Shown here: piece after piece, positions 1 through 11,105 of the stretch
How the letters are laid out: every line of letters begins with the position of its first letter
Position numbering within the stretch: the first letter of the stretch is position 1
Assembly: GCA_963786455.1 (NCBI GenBank)
Contig: CAWAZX010000025.1
Span: forward strand, 179,350 to 243,349
DNA length: 64,000 bases
Reading direction: 5' to 3'
From: an uncultured Planctomycetota bacterium
Lineage (GTDB): Bacteria; Planctomycetota; Planctomycetia; Pirellulales; Lacipirellulaceae
Translations under genes and position numbers: made by a program
Notes under the pieces: generated by a model
Seen by the model: only the letters and a program-made list of their open reading frames with translations
What the model was told of the DNA's origin: nothing
Database searches by the model: none

Positions 1-442
1 GCGTGATATCTACCCCGTAGCTTACCGGATTGTTGTAGCAGATGATCGGAAGGTCGACCGCGGCAGCCACTGCGCGGAAATGGGCAAGCGTCTCCCGCGG
101 GTCCGATTTATAGACCATCGCCGGCAACAACATCAGCCCGTCGACGCGGACATTTTCGGCGGCTTCGGCGTAACGGCACGCAGCGGCAGTTGTGTATTCC
201 GCGACGCCCGTCAGAATTGGTACGCGGCCCTCCACGTGCTCGACGGTGGCCTTCAGCAGCTCCAGCTTTTCCTGAAAATCAATGGAGCAACCTTCTCCCA
301 CGGTGCCCAGCATGATCAGGCCATGCACGCCGGAATCAATCATTACGTCCAGGTGCCGCAACGTCGCTGCGATATCAAGGGCATAATCCTCAGCGAACTG
401 AGTCGTGGCGGCCGGAAAGACACCGCGCCAATTCAATGTCAT
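1..442 (-). CDS. DapA-family (dihydrodipicolinate synthase / N-acetylneuraminate lyase) protein, N-terminal part; the 3' end lies beyond the left edge of the window
   Basis: Own reverse-strand translation from the ATG at 442-440: MTLNWRGVFPAATTQFAEDYALDIAATLRHLDVMIDSGVHGLIMLGTVGEGCSIDF...DLPIICYNNPVSYGVDIT. It carries the GTxGE and YNxP motifs of this class I aldolase family. It is absent from the ORF track because it runs off the edge. Confidence 0.8.
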   Translation of the reverse strand, partial: MTLNWRGVFPAATTQFAEDYALDIAATLRHLDVMIDSGVHGLIMLGTVGEGCSIDFQEKLELLKATVEHVEGRVPILTGVAEYTTAAACRYAEAAENVRVDGLMLLPAMVYKSDPRETLAHFRAVAAAVDLPIICYNNPVSYGVDIT

Positions 443-720
443 CAAAATGCCCCTCGTTGCTGGATTTTGTCCGGATTTGCTCGTCTCTGTCACTCGGTGA
501 CCGCGCGTTCCCCGTCAGCGACGTCTCATAAATGGCCGTCGAGCAAGTCCCGTTCTTCCTATTGGACTGGGACGTGGATAGCGACAGTTCGCCAAAACGA
601 ACGCGATTTCCGCCGGCACCCAGTCGCGCACACCAACCCACGATATTGATTTAGTGTACAAAAACCTAAGCCGAGTATATACTGGCCCTACCACGCCAAG
701 CAAGTGCCGAGCGGCCGAAC

Positions 721-2073
721 ATGACGCTTTATCTGAACGAAAATCGGCCGCTACGCTTAGGCACTCTATGTACGCTCTATGCCGCTCAAGGAATACCTGA
801 CGGCTTCGTTCAAATCGCGTTAAAGAACCACCTGATCCACTTGGGCGTCACAACGAACGCCGTGGGGAATGTCGTGGCGATGGTGAGCTGGCCATGGTCG
901 CTCAAGTTCCTGTGGGGGCCGGTGATTGATCGCTTCGGGTACTCCGCGCTGGGCCGCCGACGGCCGTGGATTTTGCTCGCGCAGGTGCTCATGGCGATCA
1001 CGCTGCTGGGGATGCTCTTCATTCCCAACATTTCCACCAACCTGCGCATGCTGGCGTTCATGGTGCTGCTGGTGAACGTGTTTGCTTCGCTGCAAGATGT
1101 TTCGGTCGATGCGCTTGCAGTCGACTTGCTACCGGCCAAGGAACGCGGCCTCGCCAACGGATTCATGTACGGTTCCAACTACGCCGGTTCCTATTTCGGC
1201 GGCCAAATACTCGGCACGTACATTCTCCAATACGGCTTCTCGGCCGCGGTCAAGTTGCAATCCGTCGTGTTGATGTGTATCGCCGCCGTACCCCTTTTGC
1301 TGCGTGAGAGGCGGGGCGACGCCTTGCTGCCCGGGCAGCGTGGCGATCCCGCCCTCCGATCCACCTCAGCTGGACTGGTCAGACCCACCTCCCTGAGCCA
1401 GGTATTTCGGCTCTGGAACCGCGCGTTTTCGCTGCGCTCCACGCGACTTGCGGCCGTGTTGGCAATTCTTTCGACAATAACCGTCAAGAGCCACTTCATC
1501 TTCTGGCCCGTCCACGTGCAGCGCCAACTTGGCTGGAGCCAGGAGCGGTGGCTGACTCTCGAAGGCGGCTACGCCGTTTGGTTCGGATTGGTCGGCTCGC
1601 TCGTGGGCGGTGCGTTGGCCTCGTTGATCGGCGCCAAGCGGACGGTCATTCTTAGCATCACGGCCATGAGCGGTTGTTGGTTTGCGTACGCACTGGCCAG
1701 CGATTACTGGACGAACGCGAACGTCGTCTCTCTACTTTATCTGGCCGAAACGGGCCTGGGGGGATTCCTGCAAGTGTCGATGTTTGCGATGTTTATGGGG
1801 CTTTGTTGGCCGCCCGTTGCCGCCACGCAATTCACCACGTTCATGGCGCTGTTGAATGTGTCGAATGGCCTGGGGGCGATCGTCGCCGACAAGTTCGAAA
1901 CCAGCTTCACGATGACTGGCGCGCACGTCGTCCTTGGTTGCATGCAAGTCGTGCTCGTTGCCATCGTGCTGGCAATTAATCCGGATGAAACGCGGCAAAA
2001 ACTTGGCGACGCCGAAATCGTTATCTCCCCAGGACCTCAGCCCGAAGCCTTTCCCACCGAGCCCCGAACCTAA
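721..2073 (+). CDS. MFS transporter, AmpG / PAT-family-like
   Basis: Intact 450-aa ORF with multiple hydrophobic helices. The N-terminal signature LGTLCTLYAAQGIPDGF...WPWSLKFLWGPVIDRF...GRRRPWILLAQ is typical of AmpG-type MFS permeases. Confidence 0.8.
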   Translation: MTLYLNENRPLRLGTLCTLYAAQGIPDGFVQIALKNHLIHLGVTTNAVGNVVAMVSWPWSLKFLWGPVIDRFGYSALGRRRPWILLAQVLMAITLLGMLFIPNISTNLRMLAFMVLLVNVFASLQDVSVDALAVDLLPAKERGLANGFMYGSNYAGSYFGGQILGTYILQYGFSAAVKLQSVVLMCIAAVPLLLRERRGDALLPGQRGDPALRSTSAGLVRPTSLSQVFRLWNRAFSLRSTRLAAVLAILSTITVKSHFIFWPVHVQRQLGWSQERWLTLEGGYAVWFGLVGSLVGGALASLIGAKRTVILSITAMSGCWFAYALASDYWTNANVVSLLYLAETGLGGFLQVSMFAMFMGLCWPPVAATQFTTFMALLNVSNGLGAIVADKFETSFTMTGAHVVLGCMQVVLVAIVLAINPDETRQKLGDAEIVISPGPQPEAFPTEPRT

Positions 2074-2074
2074 C

Positions 2075-3627
2075 ATGACGCGCTCAAATTTTGCGGCGCC
2101 CGTCGGCGACCCACCGAGCAATTCAAGCTGGTCCGATGCGACCGAGCTGGCGCGACAATTGCGCGAGCGGGATGTTTCCGCCAACGAGGCGGTGCGCATC
2201 GATCGAGCGGATCGAACGGCTCAATCCGGCTGTCAATGCGGTTGTCACGACGACGTTCGACCTGGCGCTCGAGGCGGCAGAACGTGCTGACAAACTTGCA
2301 TCGGCCGGCAATTGGCTCGGTCCGCTGCACGGCGTGCCAATCTTGATCAAGGACTTGTATGACTTCCGCTCGGGAATTCGTAACACGTTCGGCTGTCCGG
2401 CGATGGTCGACTTCGTTCCCGATCAAACGGTGGCCTATATCGATCGGCTGGAAGACGCCGGGGCCATTATTCTCGGCAAAACCAACACGCCTGAGTTTGG
2501 GCATAAAGGCACGACCGATAACCGGCTGTTCGGCCCCACCCGCTGTCCATTCGATCTGTCCCGAAATGCCGGCGGCTCTTCGGGTGGCAGCGCGGCGGCC
2601 GTCGCCGTCGGCATGGTGCCGCTCGCGCAGGGTTCCGACGCGGGCGGTTCGATCCGGATTCCGGCAGCCTGGTGCGGCGTCGTGGGGTTCAAGCCGTCGT
2701 ATGGCCGAGTGCCGAACACCGGCGCGCCGAACGCGTTTTTCTCCCACACGCCATTCGTTCACGCCGGGCCGCTGGCGCGAACCGTCCGCGACGCGGCACT
2801 CATGGCGCAGGTCATGTCCGGGCCGCATGCCGACGACCCGTTCAGCTTGCCCGACGGATGGCATGAACCTGGTCGCATCGGTGGAAACGGACGCCCGCAA
2901 ATTGCACCTCGCCTACAGTCGCGACTTGGGTGTGTTCGCGGTGGAACCCGCGGTGGCACGCATCGTCGACGATTGTGTTGAAACGCTTCGCGAGTTCCGG
3001 GTTGCACATCGATGAAATCGACATTGCCCTGCCGCTCGATCAGGATGAGCTCGCCGCGCTCTGGTGCCGCAAGTCGGTGTGCTGTACCTGGAAATGTTTG
3101 ACGGAATGGCCCATAGCGGCCGTGACTTGTTACACGATTTCTCCGACGACATTCCGCCGCCGATCCACGCGATGGTGGATACTGCCCGTAACGCTTCTGC
3201 GCTCGACGTTCGCCGCGATGACGCGCTGCGGTCCGGAGTATGGCGCGCCGTGCAGGCGATCTTCGCCAATTACGATGGCTTGCTCACGCCGACCCTCGGT
3301 GCCTTGCCGGTGCCCAATGCCGCCGACGGCACAACACTTGGTCCGGCGACCGTGAATGGCCGGCCGGTCGAGCGATGCATCGGCTGGTGCCTTACGCATC
3401 CCTTCAATTTCACCGGTCATCCGGCCGCGTCGGTTCCTGCGGGCCGGACGCCCGATGGCTTACCGGTTGGATTGCAGGTTGTCGGCGGGCGATTCCGGGA
3501 CGATCATGTGATTTCAATTTGCCGCCGCGTGGAACAAGTGCGGCCCTGGCTCGGCGCACTCGACGAGGTGACGGCGCAGTTGGAAGTCGATGCTGTACCT
3601 TCGCAGCGCGCAGAATCAAAGGAATAA
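2075..3627 (+). CDS. amidase-signature family amidase (GatA-like); reading frame broken at least 4 times
   Basis: The ATG lies 1 nt after the MFS stop. The fragments (ORFs 1934-2290, 2091-2981, 2359-3015, 2930-3355, 3064-3627) join into one amidase: LHGVPILIKD, GKTNTPEFG, GGSSGGSAAAVA, GSDAGGSIRIPAAWCGVVGFKPSYGRV, and the C-terminal end HPAASVPAG...GLQVVG. Confidence 0.85.
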
Positions 3628-3636
3628 GGACAATCC

Positions 3637-6600
3637 ATGGCCGATTCGCCGCAAGACTCATCGCCAGATACGGGAGGTCGCTGGGTAATCCTATTTCTGG
3701 TCGCGGCAGCGTTGGTTGTGGCGGCTGCCTATGGTGTCGCTTACTTTCGCCGAGCACCGGATGCCGTGCCGCCGTTGGCGAAAGCGGACGACGAAACAAG
3801 TCTTCCCGCCAGCGCCGTACCAAGTATTCCGTTTCGCGATATCGCGACCTCGGCGGGGATTGATTTCGTCCACCAGGGCGGGGCCACCGGCGAAAAAATG
3901 CTGCCTGAATCCGGCGGCTCCGGTTGCGCATTCACCGATTACGACAACGACGGTGACCCCGACCTCGTGCTAGTCAGCGGTCGGGCCTGGCCCTGGAACG
4001 CCGTAGATGCCGCAAGCCGAACGGCACCTTCGAATGGTGAGTCAAGTCCGCCTCGGCTCGGCGGACCTACTAACTCCCTCGCGCTTTATCGCAACGATGG
4101 CGAGAAGTTCGCCAATGTCACGGATGAATGCCGGACTGGTCGCCGACATCTACGGCCAAGGCGTTGCCGTTGGCGACTACGATGCGCGACGGCGACGACG
4201 ATTTGTTTTTCACTGCCGTCGGCGCCAACCGCATGTTTCGCAACGACGCCGGCCGATTCATCGACGTAACTGCCGAAACGGGCGTCGCTGGCAGTGCCGA
4301 CGATTGGACCACGAGTGCCGGCTTCTTTGATTACGACCGCGACGGCGATCTCGACTTGTTCGTGTGCAACTATTTGCGCTGGACGCGCGAGATCGACAAG
4401 GCGGCGACCAAGCGCGTTCCCGGCGAGGGGCTGACGTACGCCCATCCGGCGAATTTCGACGGCGTGCAGAACTTCTTGTATCGCAACGACGGTGGGCGAT
4501 TCACCGATGTTGCGGCCGAGGCCGGCATCCACGTTACCGACCCGGAAACCGGTAAGCCCGTTGGCAAGGCGCTCGCCGTCACGTTCGTCGATTTCGACCA
4601 GGACGGCTGGCTCGACATTTTCGTGGCCAACGACACCGTGCGGCATTTTCTATTTCGCAACCGCGGCGACGGCACGTTTGAAGAGGTCGGCGAGTCGCGC
4701 GGCTTCGCGCTCAACGCGGCCGGCCTTACCACCAGCGGCATGGGCATCGACGCCGCCTGGATTCACAACGACGATGAACTGGCGGTGGCGATGAGCAATT
4801 TCGCCAACGAAATGACTTCGCTCTACGTGCTGCAAGGCAAGAGACGATCTGTTCTTCACCGACGAAACCATCTCCGCCGGCATCGGCGGGCCGACACGCA
4901 ATGTGCTCACTTTTGGGCTGCTGTTCGACGACTTCGACCTGGACGGCCGCGTCGACCTGGTGGAAACGAACGGCCATTTGGAGGAGACGATCACGATCGC
5001 GCAGCCGAGCCAGCAGTATCGGCAGCCGGCAAAACTTTTCTGGAACGCCGGGGCCGACAAGCAGCCCCAGTTTGTCGACCTGCCGGCTGAGAATATCGCG
5101 GACCTGGCCAAGCCGATCGTCGGCGCGAGCTTGGCGTCGGCCGATATCGACGGCGACGGCGACCTGGACCTGGTGATCAACCAGGTGGAGGGCCCGCCGC
5201 TGCTGCTTGCGCAACGACCAGAAGCTCGGCGGCCACTGGCTGCGCTGCAAACTGAGGGGCCGCCGGGAAATCCGCACGCGATCGGTGCCGTTGTCGAACT
5301 GCGCGCCGGTGGCGTCACGCAGCGGCGCAATGTTCAGCCCACGCGCAGCTATCTGTCGCAAACCGAACCGATTGCCACATTCGGACTGGGCAACGCGACG
5401 GCTGTCGATAGCCTTGACAGTCACGTGGCCGGATGGATCCAAGCAAGAGGTCAAAGTCGAAGGAGTCGACCGTGTCGTGACAATCCGGCAGCGCGGTGCA
5501 AATATCGCGGCCGATGCTGCGTCTGGCTTTTCCACACTCGCCAACACCGCGAAAGCGCAACTCGAGAACGGCGAGTTTGAAAAGGCGGTTCCGACGCTGA
5601 AGCAAGCGCTCGAACTGCGGCCCGAATCCGCCGCCATGCGCCGCAACCTGGCCCGCGCCTACACGTTCAGCGGCCAGCCCGCGCTTGCACTCGAAGAGCT
5701 GAAGCGTCTTCAGGCTGCGGCTCCGGCAACCGTCGGCCGCGATCGAGTATCTGTCCGGCCTCGCCGCACTGCGACAAATTCGCAACGACGATGCGGCGGA
5801 ACATTTCCGCAAGGCGATCGAGCTCGATCCCAACGAGCCGACGCTTCGATACCAATACGGCCTTGCCTTGACTGCGCTCGGCCGAGCCGATGACGCGAAG
5901 CAGCAATTCGAGAAAGCCGCCGAACTCGATCCGCTGCACGGCGGTGCCCAATATCAGCTGGCCACGATCGCCCGCAAGGCCGGCGACCAGGAAGCGTTCG
6001 CCCGCTACATGGGCGACTACAGCGGATTCGCGCGATCAAAGGCCCGGCCGATCCGCAATCGCTCGAAAGAACCGCTACACGAAGGCAGAGGGACCGAATC
6101 AGCAGCGAAGCCGCCGCCAATTCCGCCCGGTCCGACCGCAGTATTCACGCGGCAACGACCGCAAGTGCAGATGCGCACGGCGCCGGCGCCCGTGGTTGCC
6201 TGGCGGTACTGTCGATGGATGATGTCGGCAGATACCAATCGGTCGCCGTTACATCCGATGGCCATGCTCCTTGTGCTCGGATTCGATCCAGCCGTAGGCT
6301 TCAAAGAAATTGCCCGCAGCGAGCAGACCATCGGCGCCGTCGGTGACCAGGCAACGGTTCTCGTCGGCAATGCATTTGTCGACGCTGCGGCGCGATCCGC
6401 TGGTCGCCCGGACGAAGAAAGCAAGGGACAAGGCGACCAACCGGAAATCGCGATCGTCACGCCGCAGCAATCCTGGCTCGTGCGATATCACCCTGACAGC
6501 GGGTTTGAAGATTTGACGGCGGCGTCGAATCTGTCGGCGGCCGGGGGCGTTGCGGCTCACTGGATTGATCTGGATCACGACGGCGACATCGATTTGTGCC

Positions 6601-8782
6601 TGGCGTCCTCGGCCGGCTTGCGCGTCTGGCGCAACAACAGCGACGGCCGATTCGTCGAGGCCACGAACGAATTTGGCCTGGGCGACGTGGGGCCGTGCGT
6701 CGATTTTGCCGCCGCCGATTTCGACGCCACAAATCTCGGCGTCGACTTGGTAGTTGCCGGCCCGAAAGGCATCGTCGCTTTATCGAAATCAATACGCCGG
6801 CCGCTTCGCGCGAGACGAACCGATCGCAAGGAACTGGCCGGCGGCCGAACGTGTACTGGTCGACGACTTCAACAACGACGGTTTGCCGGACGTTGTTTTC
6901 ATTTCGGCCGCAGACGCCACGCTTGTCGTTAACGGGCACGACGAGCGGCAGCAGCTTGCCCTCGGGCTGGAGCAAATCGACGCCGCCACAACGATCGACG
7001 TCGACAACGACGGCTGGCTCGACATTGCTGTTGCCGGCGCGGCGGCCGCGGCGCCGAAGATAAGTTTGCTCCGCAATGTCGGCGGTCGGCTCGCCGCTGC
7101 GGTCGAGTCGCTGCCCGCACCCGCTCAGGTCCGTCGCAACGGCTTGCTGGATGCGGACATCGATGGCGATGGCCGCACCGACTTGACACTTATTGGTGAA
7201 GCCGACCGTTTGGAGTTCATGCGAAATGAAACTCCCACCTCCAACCGCCAATTGAAGCTCGCCCTGCGGTCATTTGTCGGCAGCCCGAGCTCGATCGGCG
7301 TCCGCGTGCAGGTCCGCAGCGGCGATCATGTCGTTACGCCGGTGGACCAGCCGCGAGCTGCCGATCGAAATCGGCCTGGCGCAAAACACCAAGGCCGATT
7401 CGATCCAAACCCTGTGGATGAACGGCATCGCGCGAACGAAATTGGCGTTGCAGCTCACCGGCGAGCCGGTGCGGATCACGATCGTGGAGTTCGTCCGCAG
7501 CAGCTCGTGCCCGTTTCTCTATGCTTGGGCCGATGGAGCTTGGGAGTTCGTGACCGATATTGTTGGGCACCGCGCCGCTCAACGTGTCCGTGGCCCGCGG
7601 CGTGCCGTTGCCGCCCGATCCGGACGAGGTCGTGGTCCTCGGCCCGGCGGAGCGATTCGCCGATGGCGCCGTCGCGGCGCGATTGCGTGTTACATCCGAG
7701 CTTCGCGAAGTGATTTATTTCGACGAGGTGCAGCTGCTGGCCGTCGATCATCCGGCCGACACGACCGTTTTCTCGCGCGACCGGGTTGCGCCAACCGGCA
7801 ATCGACGGCAAGCAAATCGTCGCCGGCCGAAATCCACGTGCACCGCGTTCCGCAACAGGGTCGGACGGCATCGATCGCACGGCGGCGCTGGCGAAGGAGG
7901 ACGGCGTGTTTGCTCCGGCGGGCGCGTGCTGCCGCCTCCGTGCGTCGGATTCACCGAGCCATTATCGATCGAGCTGGATTTCGGCGAACTGGACGAGGCA
8001 ACCAACAGCTTCCTCGCGCTCACCGGCTGGTTTCGCTTTGGCAATTCGTCGACGAACATTGCGGCGTCGCAGCGCGGCGATTTGCAGGTGATCTGGCCGC
8101 GAGCTCGAAGCCGCTGGGGCCGATGGCCGCTGGCAAACCGTGGAAGAAATGGTTGGCTTTCCGGCCGGAAACACGAAGACGATCGTGTGCGACCTCACTG
8201 GAAGACTGCCCGCCGGCACGCGACGCCTGCGGCTGACGACTTCGTTCGAAGTCCGCTGGGACCGGATCGCGCTGTACGACGCCGTGCCGGCCGATGCGCT
8301 TCGCGTCACTGAACTCGAACCGGCGACTGCCGATCTTCAGTGGCACGGCTTTGCCGAGCTGCGTCCGAATGCCGATCGACCAGCCGCAGGTGCCAAACCT
8401 TGTCGCACATGAGCGAGCACGCCGCCCTGGTCTCACGATGGTGGAGGGTTGGTGCACGCGCTACGGCGACATTCGGCCGCTTGTGGCGAAATCCGATCCG
8501 ATGATGGCGATCCTCAACTCGGGCGACGGAGCGACGATCGAGTTTTCTGCAAGTCCGCTGCCGGCACGCGCAGCCGGACACTGCGCGACACTCATGCTGT
8601 ATACCCGCGGATGGATCAAGGAAGCCGATCCGAACACGTTGCCCGACCGGCGCGTCGAGCCGCTGCCAGTAGTGCGCGAGTCACCTGACGCTGCTCCGCC
8701 GGTCGACTGGCAACTCGAATACAACACGCGTTGGGTGCCCCAGCACGTAGGTCACACATCCGAGCCCGATCAGTTACCATGA
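3637..8782 (+). CDS. giant TM-anchored CRTAC1-family protein (FG-GAP/VCBS repeats + ASPIC/UnbV), fused in reconstruction to a TPR region, a second FG-GAP/UnbV module and a C-terminal domain; at least 15 frame breaks
   Basis: N-terminal TM segment WVILFLVAAALVVAAAYGVAYF. Repeated D-x-D-x-DG-x-x-D and LYRN.G.G.F.DV units, and an UnbV-like RSYLSQTEPIATFGLG...VTWPDGSKQEVKVEGVDRVVTI. The TPR part covers about 5480-6000 (ALELRPESAAMRRNLARAY..., FEKAAELDPLH). A second set (IDLDHDGDIDL, VDVDNDGWLDI, DADIDGDGRTDL) is followed by a C-terminal part (...GWIKEADPNTLPDR...). I found no stop between modules on the reconstructed path, but one gene versus two cannot be settled here. Confidence 0.7.
4044..4069. 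repeat. 26-nt exact repeat, copy 1 (AAGTCCGCCTCGGCTCGGCGGACCTA), able to form a hairpin
   Basis: Identical 26-mer at 63138-63163. It contains the inverted repeat GTCCGCC / GGCGGAC around a 7-nt loop. Here it lies inside a CRTAC1-type coding region and reads SSPPRLGGPT. Confidence 0.85.
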
Positions 8783-8815
8783 GAACAAGTTGCATCAACA
8801 AAGAGGAAGCATCCC

Positions 8816-11069
8816 ATGAATCGCTCTGTCCGACTACCGTGTGCGCCTTCACGTGGTCCGCATGCGTGTCAACTGTATCAATTGTCCGTTGCGAGGCGGC
8901 CGAGGTTCGCTATCGCGGCGCTCCCGCCGAATTGACAATTAACGAAATCAGCGAACGGACGCTGCAGATTGTTCTTGCGCCGATTGGATGAATCGACCGG
9001 CGAGCCGCGGCCGGTGCCGCCGTCGAGCGTGATCGTCGAGCTGCAGCCACAAGAAAAACTGCGTCGCCGCACGCTGGATGGCGGCCGAGCAAGTCGCCGT
9101 CGGCAAGCTGCGCGTCGACGTAAAAGCCGAGCCACTTACAATCGTCGATTCGCCGCCCTTCGGGTGAAGTCGTGCAGACACTTGCCTTCGACGTAGCGGT
9201 GACACGTTCTCGTTCCGCACGGACGCTCCCGTGCTCGGAATGGGCGAAGGCGCCCAGCAATTCGATCGCCGCGGCGCAAGGTACACCATGCGCGACGGCT
9301 GGGGCGCATGGGAACGGCCCACACACGGCTCCTGGGTCGCCGTGCCGTTCTTGGTCGGCACCGATGGCTGGGCGCTGCTTCGTTCACCATCCGCTCGGCG
9401 AGTTCGATTTGCGTGAGCCGGAGGCAAAGTTCACGCCGTGGCTTGGCCAGACGGACACGCCGCTCGTGGCCTACGTGATCGCCTGGGACAAGCCCGCCGA
9501 CGTGCTGCGGGAGTACGTCCGGCTTGTCGGACCGGCGCCGCTGCCGCCGAAATGGGCGCTGGGTTACATGCAGTCGCACCGCACATTGGCCGGGCCGGAC
9601 GAGGTGCTCGGAGTGGCCCGCACGCTTCGCGAGAAGAAGCTGCCCGTGCGACGCGCTGATCTATCTCGGCACCGGCTACTGCCCGGCCGGCTGGAACACG
9701 GGGCACGCCAGCGTCGATTTCAACCCGGCCACGTTCGACAAGCCGGCCGAAATGATCGACGCCTTGCACGACCAGCATTTCCACATCGTGCTCCACCAAA
9801 ACGCCCCGCCGCGACGGCTGACCGGCGACGAAGTCACACGCGTCGACGTCGACGACACGGAAGCGAAACGCGCCAACCGAATCGGCGCAGCAGCGACATT
9901 TCCGCAGTATTGGGCCCGGCATCGCAAAACGTTTGCACTGGGCGTCGACGGCTGGTGGCCGGACGATGGCGACGAACTGCGCCGCGAGTCGCGGATCGCC
10001 CGCCACCGCTTGTATTATCAGGGCCCGCTGCTGGACCGGCCCAACGTGCGGCCCTGGAATCTGCAGCGCACCGGTTACGCCGGCGTGCAGCGCTACGGCG
10101 GCTGGATCTGGACCGGCGACATCGACAGCCGCTGGGAAACGCTCGCAACCCAAGTGCCGATCGGCCAGAACCACGCGCTCAGCCTGTCGCCGTATTGGGG
10201 CACCGACATCGGCGGCTTCTATCCCACTCGCGAGCTCACCGGCGAGTTGTACGTCCGCTGGTTTCAGTTCGGCGCGTTCTGTCCGTCGTTTCGCGCCCAC
10301 GGGCGGACCTGGCACCTGCGTCTGCCGTGGGGCTGGAACACGGGCGAGCTGGGGCCCGACGAGCACAATCGCAGCGTCGATCTGAACGAGCTGCACAATG
10401 CCGAACGTCGAGCCGATCTGCCGCAAGTATCTCGAACTGCGTTATCGACTTGTTGCCGTACACGTACACGCTTTGCCGCGAGGCACACGACACGGGCCTG
10501 CCGCTTGATCCGGGCGCTTGTGGCTGCACTATCCGAACGACGACGCAGGCCGTGACGCGCGGCGACGAATACCTGTGGGGCCGCGATATCCTCGTCGCCC
10601 CGGTCGTCGAGAAAGGCGCGACGCGAGCGGCAGCGTCTATCTTGCCGGAAGGCGAGTGGTACGACTTCTGGACGAACGAGAGGCACGCCGGCGGCCGCGA
10701 AATCACGCGAGGTCGATCTGGCAACGCTGCCGCTGTATCGTGCGGGCCGGCGCGATTCTGCCGCTCGACCCGGTTCGCCAGTACACGGGCGAGCCGACGG
10801 AAGAGCCGACGACTGTGCGAATCTACCGCGGTGCGCGACGGCGAGTTTCGCTTGTACGAAGACGACGGCGCGTCGCTCGACTATCAGCGTGGCGAGTTCG
10901 CCTGGACGCGGTTCACAGTGGAACGATGCAAAGCGTCGGCTGACGATCGAACCGGACGGCGGCGAACATGGAACCACGCATCGCGGACGTTCGTCGTCGA
11001 ACTGGTGCCCGGCGGCGAGCGGAAAACTGTCACATACGACGGTCAACGGATCGAAGTCGAAGCTTCTAA
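8816..11069 (+). CDS. glycoside hydrolase family 31 (alpha-glucosidase / alpha-xylosidase type); about 10 frame breaks
   Basis: AAGAGGAAG precedes the ATG at 8816. The fragments contain PLPPKWALGYMQSHRT, KKLPCDALIYLGTGY, GVDGWWPDDGDE, WTGDIDSRWETL, GTDIGGFY, YVRWFQFGAFCPSFRAHG and WGRDILVAPVVEKG. The 3' end is approximate: TAA at 11067-11069 sits in a neighbouring frame. Confidence 0.8.
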
Positions 11070-11105
11070 CGTCTTCATCATTTTCACGAGGCGCAAGCAC
11101 GAACT

